A DNA stretch of 64,000 bases. Origin: the human T2T-CHM13v2.0 reference genome, Homo sapiens. The notes below the pieces were generated by a model, which saw only the letters and a list, made by a program, of their open reading frames with translations, did not search any database and was not told the DNA's origin. Shown here in pieces: positions 27,380 through 38,743 of this stretch. Where the stretch lies: assembly GCF_009914755.1 (NCBI RefSeq), contig NC_060932.1; one strand, given 5' to 3'. The position numbers and the translations under genes were made by a program. The stretch's first letter is position 1. Each line of letters begins with the position of its first letter.

Positions 27380-29120
27380 AAGAACGTTTTAAAATAAGCC
27401 ATCATCACAGCTTGTTTCCCCGCACCTTGGGTGCAGCACGTGTGTGCTATGGAACACTGTGGGAAAATGAGAGTTCCTCCTGAGGATTCCCATGAAGATC
27501 TTTTATACAGAAGGCATTTTTTTTTTTTCACAGATTGGGCAACCTGTCTTATTGAGCAAACAGCAGCAGCATCTGATGTTGAGTAATGTCTGGGAGAAGG
27601 GAGAATGTGACAGCTTCCTTAACATCATTACTAGCAGAGTTCTTAATTAACCTACCGATAAAGTCAATAATGGAGATCCCTGTTGTTTTAGAAATGAAGC
27701 CTATTTGATTACTTCTTCCTCTGGGACATTTTGGCCATTTGCGCTCCTGGAAGTTTGGTTCAGAATTCTAAGACTACCCTCTAGCCAACTGTACTTTTAA
27801 AATGGCCCTTTCTGGTGCTTCTATAGCTTACCAAACTTTTTGCATGTATTAATGCAGTCAACCTTTGTGACAATTTTAAGGCACACAAAAATATGTTAAT
27901 TTTCCATATTAGTAAACAGAGATTCAGAGAATTTGAGCACCATGCATAGAAATACAAAAATATTAAAGACAATTTGAGCACCTTGCACAGAATTGCACAA
28001 ATGGTAGAGAGTAGAAGCAGGATTTGAATTGATGTCTTGGACCCCCATTCTGGTCCCCTTTCCTGTTCTTATCCACCAAATGCCTTGGGCTTCCAACTAT
28101 GATAGAGGCTATTGGAATGTAGCCGCGGTGTTCTCTAGATACCATATCTAGCTTTCCAAGAAGAAACTGAGGGTGAGCAAACATCTTACGGTGCCAAGGT
28201 TCGCACAAGAGCTAGCTACATATCCACATCCTCATCATTCTTGAACCTTTCTTTACTCATAGCCAAGTTAAATGACTCTAAAGCTATTGGGTGCTATTTT
28301 TTTCTATAAATGTTCAACAGAAAGACATGCTGGCTGTGAAACAGGAACTCAGATGTTTGCTTTTGAGTTTTCATCAGATGGCATCCAGGACCTTGGGAAC
28401 ACAGAATACTGTCTCATACTTTCCTACTTACCACATATTTGCTCCTTTCTATGTATTTGTCTATTAAGTCTATTTTATCAAGAAGGAACCAGAATCACGA
28501 AGCTAAGGACTAAGAGCTCCATCTCCACGTTGAAAAGTAGCTTTCCCATCAAATGGCAAATGCTTCCTCTCAAAGGTTGAATAGTACAGCACTTAAAAAA
28601 GACTTCCAGCTGGTTACATTTAAGGGACTGGAAAAAAGGCTGCTCCCAGAATATCTACTGGCTGGAACCCGTGATGTATTTTTGTTTGATATTGAATTGG
28701 AAACATTTTCTCTTGTGCTCTATTCCTGCCCCTCGAAATTGGGTCCTATGGCTCGCAGGCATGAAAGCCTCGGTGGCACCCAGAGCTGCCATAAAGGCTG
28801 CAGGAGCTCACAGCCCTCATTATCGCGGCCGCGCTAAGAGGGTCTCCACTCAGACTCATGCCTGAGGATGTGCACACAGGACCAAAGGACCAAAGGCTGT
28901 CTTCGGACATTATTTTGCAGTCACAAACTCTTTCCCAAGAAGAGGTTGTGAAAATGGGCAAGAGCAGGCCCTCTAGAGCAGGGGAAGCAGGTTCAAGTCT
29001 GTCTTCAATATCTCTTAGGATTTGTCACCTCTGATCACCCAGCATGCTGCAAGCTGTCCTGGGCTCCGTCACGTGGCCCTGTGTCTTCTCTTGAATGCCA
29101 CCCCAACTACTCCGGGATCA

Positions 29121-29555
29121 TTTTCTCCTTCGTCTCTCTCCCCTGCCAACCCCTGCTCCTCTTCCTTTACCACCCTCTCCTCCTCCTTCTCCTCCTCCTC
29201 TTTCTCCTTCCCCTCCTCTTCCTTCCTCTTCTCCCTGTCCTCCTCCTTCTCCTTCCCCCCTTCCTCTTCTCCTTCTCCTCTTCCTTCTCCTTCTCCCTCT
29301 TCTCCTCCTCCTTCCCCTCCTCCTCCTTCCTCTTCTCCCTCTCCTCCTTCTCCATCTCCTCCTTCTTCTCCTTACCCTTCTTCTCTTCTTCCTTCTCCTT
29401 CTCCTCCTCCTCCATCTTCCTCTCCTCTTTCTCTTCATTTTCTCCTCCTCCCTCTTCTGTTTCTCCTTCTCTCTCTCCCCTTTCTCTCTCCCTCTCCCTC
29501 TTCCTCTCCTCCTCTTTCTCCTTCTTTCTTCCCCTCCTCTTTCTCTTATTTTCCT
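29121..29555 (+). repeat. Long homopyrimidine low-complexity tract ((CCT)/(CTT)/(TCTCCT) units)
   Basis: About 430 bp of nearly pure C/T. Confidence 0.95.
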
Positions 29556-29756
29556 GATGTTAGACTTTGTCAGGCTTTTAGTCTCTGCTTTTAAAATCTC
29601 TGCTTTTCTAAGTCTCCTCTTCTCAAAAACTATTGAAGTAGTTTTTGAGGAGTGCTCTGTTCCATCCCAAACATAACTCCTTCTCACAGTGTCTCATATT
29701 CAAAAGGTAAAACAAATAGAAATGTTCTGTGGTACAGTTTTGCTGTTAGATCTCCT

Positions 29757-29767
29757 TGCTGACTCAT
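29757..29767. promoter_or_regulatory. CNC-sMaf (NF-E2/NRF2/BACH) consensus site, motif only
   Basis: TGCTGACTCAT (reverse ATGAGTCAGCA) in apparently unique DNA. Confidence 0.3.
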
Positions 29768-31293
29768 TTCTTCATGTGTATCTGAGCCTTACTTCGGCGG
29801 TAACCATAGTTATGTGTTTATCTGTGGAGATGACACCAAAATTGGAATGTCTCACCCTGACCTCCGGTGTCAGCTTCAATATGGAAAGTTAAGCCACCTC
29901 CTGAACATTCTGAATTCTTTGTCATGCTTTTACCATTCACCATCATTGAGGGAACAGTGGTAGTCATACATCTCACAGGAATTCCTTGCAACCAAGCAGG
30001 GATTAACTGGCTCTGATAGCAAACAAAGACTGGTGGTATCCAGTCAAGAAAGAAAAACTAAACATCTCTGGAGAAGGACCAAGATCTCAAATCACTTTCT
30101 CTAGAGCTGTCACAAACACAAATCCACCCCACACTGGCATCCACGGTTAAGGGATTTGATTTACTTGGGACCAGAGGATTAAGTGGCAGCAGCTCTTGTT
30201 ATCAGGAAGATACCAGCGTGATAAATCAAGGAGGAAAACCTAAATGAGGCAGACAAAGCCAGAAGCAAGGTGCAGCCCTGGGGAAAAAAGACAACAAGAA
30301 CTTGACAAAGTGTCCATTGAAGTTTAACTTGGTCTCAGAAATTACTTCTAGACCCAGTGCTGACCTGCAGTAGGAACATCAAATTCCAATGCGACGAAGA
30401 AAGTAAGTCAGGTGAACAGGGCCCTCAAAGTGTCAAAGAGATGTAGGGCTGTAGGTTGGGCCCTGGGACTAGCAGACCATGGAAAAGCCTCCTCCTCACT
30501 TGCAAGAAAGAGCTCCTGAAGAGCTTGATGTTTGTGTTCTCGGTAGTACAGAAATTAGACAAGGCTGAGTCTGTGAGATGCAGGCCTTTTGTGCCTTTGG
30601 CCAAGGAAGGCAGGGACAGGGTTCAGGGTGAGCAATGGCTGATGGAAGTCTCACCTGCTTGAACTGGACGTCTTTCTCCAATACTCCTCCCATGTTTATA
30701 AGTCTCTGCTGCTATTTTCTCAGACATCGCATCTGAAAGCTTTGCTAGATTTGACTTTTTCCACCTTTCACTCTGTCTTATCTATGCCATTATTAAGTCC
30801 TAATTAGACCTGTGTTTGATCATTAGTGACATTTTCATTATTTTCAAGAATTGGTAGCCATGTTGGTTAAGCAGTTTCCATTTCAATGAATCCATTATCC
30901 ACCCCAGTTTCTCCCCATCGGTCTATCCTGCATGGTACCAGAATCATTTTTCAAAAATCTAAAAATCCTTATTTTTTAATCATACCATTCCCCTCTTCAA
31001 CAGTTCTCAAGGACCTGACATTATCTACAGAATAAAGTGTAAATCCTCTAATTTAGCATGGAACCATTGCATGATCTGGTCCCAGCCTATTTTTTTTCTC
31101 ACCTTACCTTTTACTCAGTCTTAACGAAACTGTCTCCATGGAGACAAGACTACCTCTTGTACCAACTCCTGCTAGCTTTCTTCTTGCAGCCTCTGCCCAT
31201 GTTGCTCCCATTGCTTGGACGGTGTTCCCCACCTTTCCTCTCCCTCATCACTGCGCCCACCAGCCTGGCTTCACTTGTTAAAATCCTGCTCAA

Positions 31294-31442
31294 TTACAAA
31301 AAAGAGCTAATGCATGCTGGGCTTAAAACCTAGGTGATGGGTTGTTAGGTGCAGCAAACTGCCACAGCACATGTTTACCTATGTAACAAACCTGTACATC
31401 CTGCACATGTACCCTGGAATTAAAAAATAAAATAAAATAAAA
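31294..31442 (+). mobile_element. Short L1PA 3' end (older L1PA8-16 type)
   Basis: GAGCTAATGCATGCTGGGCTTAAAACCTAGGTGATGGGTTG...GTAACAAACCTGTACATCCTGCACATGTACCCTGGAA and an (AAAAT)n tail. Confidence 0.88.
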
Positions 31443-31788
<346 letters not shown>

Positions 31789-32285
31789 TCAGCCCTCCAG
31801 GAATTTTCTTAGTATTTCCCGCCTATTCCACTATTTTGGTGTTTTTTGTTTGTTTGTTTTGTTTTTTAATATAGCTACTCCTCTAGTTAGTTATTGTTAA
31901 ATGTTTTTCCCGCTACATTCTAGTAGATAAGTACCACTGGGGATACTACCTCGTGTTTATTGATTTTTACCAGAGCACCTAGCTCCCTGGTAGGTGTTCA
32001 ACTTTTTTCAATGAATAAATGTTTTTCTTTTTAACACTGAGGTCTGCAAACTGTCATGGCTGCTATTCCACTTAATGCATTCAATGCAGTGATCAGTTCT
32101 ACTTTTCTAATACATAGAACCTACTTTGAGCTGCATTCCCTCTAGTGGGAATGGGTTAGTATGGAGCCATTTACATTCATTCATGAGGTTTCCCCTGTGA
32201 CCAATAAAGGGGATTTGCATGATAGCATCCCAAGGTCATAACTTCTGAAAAGATTTTTGCTTCTATAGAGCTAGCTGAATATAAT

Positions 32286-32335
32286 GGACTTTGAACCCAC
32301 AACCTTGGCCTTTTTAACAGAATGAATTTAACCCT
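32286..32335 (-). other. Decayed tRNA-like segment (tRNA-Ile-like or ancient tRNA-derived SINE head)
   Basis: Reverse strand reads TGTTAAAAAGGCCAAGGTTGTGGGTTCAAAGTCC, resembling TGCTAATAACGCCAAGGTCGCGGGTTCGATCCC including a B-box. Confidence 0.4.
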
Positions 32336-32696
32336 CAGAGGGACATGGGTCCTGATTGACTTCAGTTTGGTTCAGTTCTTTTCATTGTAAATGATTCCAA
32401 TTTCAGACATGCCCACAGATATACTCATTACGGGAGACATCCCTTCTCTCCTCCTACCCCATCCCTGTATTATTACGTTCCACTTAACAGTTGAGCCTCA
32501 AGCCTCCTATAGACCCTTGAGGGTACAGGGCTAAGGCTGGGCCATGAACACCCAATGGCAGCAAAATCTTTGAGGAAGGGAAATGAATAACGCTTTTTTC
32601 TCTGTTTTAGTTTTGAGCAAATTCAGCAGTTAGGCAAATAGAAATAGCTGCCAAATATAACCATTTTACTGGTAAAGTCTATATGGAAATACATGA

Positions 32697-32989
<293 letters not shown>

Positions 32990-33693
32990 TAGGCAGACTT
33001 TCATGCCTGTTAAGTGCCAGGACCAGACTGGACTAGGGTAGCCCTCAGTGCCTGAGCCGTATCCGATGCCTTGCTACGACAGAGGCCATCCTTGGAGGTG
33101 AACTGTGGAATATGGGAGGAGATGAAGCAAGCAAGGTGGTTCCTTTTCCCCAAATTTCCCAATCAAATTAGCCACTCCACTTTCCCTACGAGAGAGGAAG
33201 TGAAGGAGCAGGAATGTTTTACTCCCTGAGCTTTCCTACCTGGGAGGAAACATCGGAAGTGGGAAGGAAACCCCACACTCCACAACAACGGATACCCTTA
33301 TGCCAGACCTGAACTGAAAGCGTCCACCCATCTTATCCCCACTGAAGTTCAGAACACTTCCAAGTCACTTTTGTCTCATCTCTCCAGCAATCAGTTATTC
33401 ACCTAATTAAGGTCAGAGCAATATTTAATTTAGGACTGGAAGTTTCAAGAGAACATGTATGCTAGATTCAAAAACAGGGTCTGGATAAAAACATGAGTAA
33501 TTCAACAGCTCCATTCCAACTTCTGGAAAGAAGCTTATGCAAACATGACAATAGCTCAGTGAGGTCACTTGGAGTTTGAGCCACACAGCAGAACCGCACA
33601 CGTGTGAGAAGCAGCTGGAGGTCTGCGAGCACTAATTCTGAGGGGCTGGTGCTATGGCATCTTGCTAAGTCTGCTCCAAGCTGTGGCTTGGAA

Positions 33694-33901
33694 TTTTCTT
33701 TTTCTTTCTTTTCTTTTTTTTTCTTTTTTTTTTTTTTTTTAGATAGGGTTTTGCCCTGTCACCCAGGCTGCAGTGTAGTGGTGTAATCATAGCTTACTGC
33801 AGCCTTAACCTCCCAGGTTCAAGCAGTCCTCCCACCTAAGACTCCTGAGTAGCTGGGACTGCAGGTGTGCACCACCATGCCCAGCTAGCTTTATAATTAT
33901 T

Positions 33902-33932
<31 letters not shown>

Positions 33933-34046
33933 ATGGGGGTCTCACTATGTCTCCTGGATTGGTCTCCAATTCCTGGCCTCAAACAATCCTCCCACCTCAG
34001 TTTCCCAAAGTGCTGGAATTACAGGTATGAACCACTGCACTCGATC
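33694..34046 (-). mobile_element. AluJ with (TG)n in the central linker
   Basis: Reverse AluJ (ATCATAGCTTACTGCAGCCTT, TCCTGGCCTCAAACAATCCTCCC); (TG)n at 33902-33928. Confidence 0.9.
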
Positions 34047-34548
34047 TTTTTTTTTTTTTGAGGCTGGAGTTGCAGTAGTGCAATTATGGCTCACTGAAGC
34101 CTTGAACTCCTGGGCTCAAGCAATCCTCCCACCACAGCCAACTGTGCAGCTGGGACGCATACCACCATACCCAGCTAGTGTTTGTTGTTGTTGTTGTTGT
34201 TGTTTCTTTCCTTTTCTTTTTTTTTTTTTTTGAGATGGAGCTTCCCTCTTGTTGCCCAGGCTGGAGGGCTGGAGTGCAATGGCATGATCTCAGCTTACTG
34301 CAGCCTTCACCTCCTAGGTTCAGGTGATTCTCTCACCTCAACCTCCTGAGTAGCTGAGATTACAGGCGCCTGCCACCATGTCTGGCTAATTTTTTGTATT
34401 TTTAGTAGAAACGGGGTTTCACCATGTTTGCCAGGCTGGTCTTGAACTATACTTTTTTGTAGAGACAGGATCTCCTTGCCTCAAGCAATCCTCCCACCTT
34501 AAATTCTCAATGTGGTAGGATTATAGGCATGAGCCACGGTACCTGGCC
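34047..34548 (-). mobile_element. Rearranged AluJ with a 5'-truncated AluS (about 34205-34448) nested in its linker; (GTT)n at 34180-34204
   Basis: J-type right arm 34047-34180, S-type insert (CTCTTGTTGCCC, GCAATGG), J-type left-arm remainder 34452-34548. Confidence 0.8.
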
Positions 34549-34719
34549 TAAGCAAGGATATTAAATTGATCTAAAGGCTAAACTTTCCCAAATTAATTGC
34601 AAAACATAGGAAATGGAGCACCTATTCATTTCTTATCAAATCTGTATTTGTTTGTTTTCAATTATCTGTGTGTCTATATGTTCTGGGACTGATGTGCAGC
34701 TTCCTATTCCTAGAGATTG

Positions 34720-34900
34720 AACCCCTTCTAGGTGCCAGTCACTGTGCTGGGACTTATCTATATTAACTCATTCAATCCTTACAAGAAAAGTTTTGAAATA
34801 TGAGGAAAACAGTTCCCAAGATAGCAACATTAAAGAATGTCCTCCAGGTCACAGAGCCAATACGCATTTGAGCTAGGATTTGAGGCAAGGTCTTAGTGGT
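34720..34900 (-). mobile_element. MIR relic
   Basis: GTGCCAGTCACTGTGCTGGG...TAACTCATTCAATCCTTACAA...ATGAGGAAAAC...CCAGGTCACAGAGC...GGATTTGA. Confidence 0.6.
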
Positions 34901-35436
34901 TTCCAAACCCATTTTTTCCCACCATGTTAGATCAAAAAACCCAGAGTCTAACAGAAAGAGGTTGGCCATTTGAGTCCCACCTTGCTGTGAATGCAATGAA
35001 TAACCCAGGGTGCACTACTGCCTGCTCCAGTCCTGTGTCCTTATCTGTAAAGTGTCTGTCACTCTGGGCTGTTGCAAAGACTAAAGGAAACCCCTTGTGA
35101 GGAAGCATCATGTCGACTGTAAGGAAGCCCAGGAGGGAGCAGGACTCTGCTCCAGGAGACTGAATCTGCAGGGCTCTGACCTGGGCTCCCTAATGGTCTG
35201 TTCTCTCACTCCTGTGTGACCCCAGCTCCTTCTAGCTCCTCATTCTCTCTCTTTCTCCTCCCAGTGTTGGCCAAGCAGGTGGGGACAGACGTTTGACATA
35301 GGCTTGACCTGTAGAGACAGAGCTTGAAGGCAAAGACCTTTTTGTGTGTGTGTGTAGAGGTGGGGGTCTCACTATGTCTCACTGATTTCGCTTTTCTTTG
35401 GAGCATGTGCAATGTGGGTGGAGGGAGGTCAGCGGA

Positions 35437-35448
35437 GGAAATGACTCA
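35437..35448 (+). promoter_or_regulatory. Composite ETS/AP-1 motif, motif only
   Basis: GGAAATGACTCA in unique DNA. Confidence 0.3.
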
Positions 35449-38084
35449 GGGAGATACGATACCTGGGGTGATGAATTCACTCCCCTCATGTGGATAAATC
35501 AAACACAAAACCACTCCTGACTCGGGTGTTGGTCAAGTTAATCCCACGCTTGCCTTTCTCTTGGTTTGTGGATGCATTTCCTTGGATTAATTCCTTTTCC
35601 AGTTGAGTCTCTAATAACATGTTTCTGATCTTAAAAGCCCAGGAGAAAAATAATTCCCTTCAAAGGGAAAAAAGAATCACGTGCAATAATAAGTATAAAA
35701 TGCCAGGAAATTCAACAACAAAGTGCCTACCAAAAAGAGCCAGGAAATAAACATTATCCAGGGAGAGACTGGTGACCCCCCTGAGAGGAGGCCAAGGCAC
35801 TGAATATGATACAAGAGGGGTTGTAGGGCAGATGGCATGGGAGTTCCCAGGAGGATGGGCTAAACTGCAAAGACAAGGCTATGGCTTGGAAACCTCAAAG
35901 TGAGAAAGCTCTTAAATACCCGAAAGTGACTTCCCTGCCTACTTGGTGGGAGGAGGGCTGTGAGTCCATAATAAACTGGTGTTTTAATTTACAAAATGAA
36001 ATATTTATCATTGTGCATTTTGTGCGATATTCCTTGCACCCCTGAGTTTGAGAACTGAAAACCAGAAGAGAGACTCACAGTGATTTTAAAATAGAAATCG
36101 ATCTATATGAAAATAGTTGCATTTTCCAATATGGGAAGAACAACTATCTTTACATTAATAAAGGGTAGGATAGAACTAAATTGCTTTAAGACTGAAAATT
36201 CTCAAATATGGGTTAGAAGCAAAGCAGGTACTGGGTGCAGCTGTTGGACTTTCTTCCAGGATTTTCAGATGTTTTATTTGTTTAGCATGAACAAATTCTG
36301 CCGAGGAAATAGGTTCACTCAGTGTTTTCTAACCCCAGACTCAGGCAGCATAATGGACTAAAAAGGCCTCTGAGATGCAGAAAAGAGACCTGGGCTCAAT
36401 GAGAAGCTCTGACTGAAGGGCATGTGTCCAGACACTGGGGCCACATTTCCCCATCAGCACATGAGAAGTTTGGATTAATTCACTCTCAAGCAACTGTACC
36501 TTGAGGCAGGCCGAGGGTAGGCGTCACGCCAGTGCAAGGAAAATGTTATCACTGGCATTGTTTAGAATTACCTATGCATGGGTAATAAAAAGCAGACTTT
36601 TATTCCTTTTTCTGTTGTTTTTAAGTACTTTTCAGATAATGCACCCATTTATTGTCCACAGTCGGGGAAGCTCAGACCATTCTCTCCATCCCAACTTTGT
36701 TCCCCGTGCACCCAGTTCCTGAAATCTATGGCTCTTCTTTTTCTCATCCACATCTAAAGGCACCTTCCATTCTTCTCCTGTTATTTTTCTGTAGGGCTGG
36801 GAATAATAACAAACCAGGACTGCATCAGGTTACCAGGAAGGAGATGATCTTGCAGATTGGCAGGGAAAAACGCAGGATGAGCCTGCCAAATCGTGAGTGT
36901 CACTGAAGGATGTAAAATACTCCATGACTTTGATAATGGGAAGAAATGGCTTGATGCGAACTCTAACTGCCAGCCCAGCAGAGGGAGTGACAGCTGATCC
37001 ATTAGGCCTTCTAGTTTCCAGGCACGTAAGTTCTCATTGGTCCCCTGTGGCTTATTCAGAATCTGGCTTGAAGTATTAATTTGCAACCTGCTAAGAGCCT
37101 TGTGGACTTGGATAAATACAGATAAATACCAGTCAGCTCATTTAAAAATGCTCTTTCCCTTGTTTTGTTGATTTCCTTCCGGTGGGTATAGTATTTCAAA
37201 GAGCTCTGAAGTTGCTGTTTTCATTCCTTATGCATGACTTTTATTAGCCCTGCTGGCCATGAAAGCCCCTGGATGCTGAGAGGCAGCGACTTGAATTCTA
37301 GCTACAGAGGCTTCAGAGAATGGGGAGTGATGTGACCGAGGACAGAAACCCTCAGAAGTGGACAACCTCAAGTCAACTGCAACCCCCACTCATCTTTGCT
37401 ATGACCCACCCTAGAGCTTAGAAACTATATGTGCAAGGCTCGCTGTTTACAGTGGGGAACAAGAAGAAGGATTGAAAAAGGGGCAGGAAAAATCAAAACC
37501 CACTCTCAACACTCTAACCTCCATTCTAGCTATTCATTTCTGCTTCCCTTTTAATCTTTTGGATAGTTCAACATTTTTGGTTTGGGAGTCTTATTCACCT
37601 TCCAGGTAAGCTTAACTCATCTCTCTGTTGTTCGATCCAAACTTCTTACCTTTTTTATTTTCCCCACAGTCCTGAAGTTAACTTCCCTTTAGCCATCCAC
37701 CATCTCAGGGTCATATCAGGATTTCAAATCCCCATCACATCCCTTGGCAGTGACCTCAGAGCCCAAGGCAAACTCACACACATGGAGAGGTTAGAGATCA
37801 TTGCTGAGCCTGTGAAGCCAGGAGCGTATGGGTGAACTGGGGAATGTGAACAAGAGGGGATGAAGAATGGAGGATGGAAGATAAAGGAAACCATTTAGGA
37901 GACAGCATTGGCTCTTATCCTGTAAAAGAAGGCTGACCTAGAGTGGGGCCTTGGAGCACCAGGAAATTTCATGGGCTGAGGCTGAGCAAAGAATTATTAT
38001 GTTCTCCAGGCTGGTGTGGTTTGGAGAACCAGCAGTTGTCGGGGAAGATTCTACAGGCAAAGTCTCTTTAAACAGGGTAGCATC

Positions 38085-38240
38085 CATATTTAATAAGTTT
38101 TTATTGAATTTCCATGAGGTGCAGGGCCCCATGCTGGGCACCATGTTGAACATGACAGACAAGGTCACTATTCTCATGGAGCTTACATTTCAGTGAAGAA
38201 GACAGACAATTTCACAAGCAGCTACAAATGTGACACATGT
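38085..38240 (-). mobile_element. L2 3' end
   Basis: TTTATTGAA...ATGCTGGGCAC...ACAGACAAGGTC...CTCATGGAGCTTACATTTCAGTG. Confidence 0.65.
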
Positions 38241-38743
38241 TACCGAACAGAAGATACCAAAGACTGTTGGAGCATCTAATGTTGGAAGAACATCTTGACC
38301 TTACCAGAAAAACAGTAATAAACTTCAGAATGTCTCACCAGTGAAAGCGTGGGTCCAATAACCAAAGGATTTGAACATCAACACATCACACAGTCTAACA
38401 CTGCCAGAGGCCAGGATGGCTTTGACTAACAGATAGCCCTGTCTGGATTGGCCTTGTCCACATTCAAGGTGTTACCTGCATGGTATGCAATTTCTACCTA
38501 GGATACCTTGGCCTGATACCAGTATGTTCCCACTCCCAAGGTGCACTTGCATCTGATTCATCTCAGAGCAATATCCTCCTAAGGGTAGATGCTGCAGGAA
38601 ATCAAACATCTACAAATAATTTTTTAAAAAATCAATATTAACCATGTTTGCAGTGTTATGTATTTTTGAACTAAGTGTTCCATTATTCCACATAGATTAT
38701 TCAGAGAGGACAGAGTGATAACACTGTTGACTCTATTCTTTTC

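Noticed and set aside
29022-29687. Overlapping 158-193 aa ORFs rich in S/P/L or R/E/G
   Set aside because: Artefact of the stop-free C/T tract, which is open in several frames on both strands
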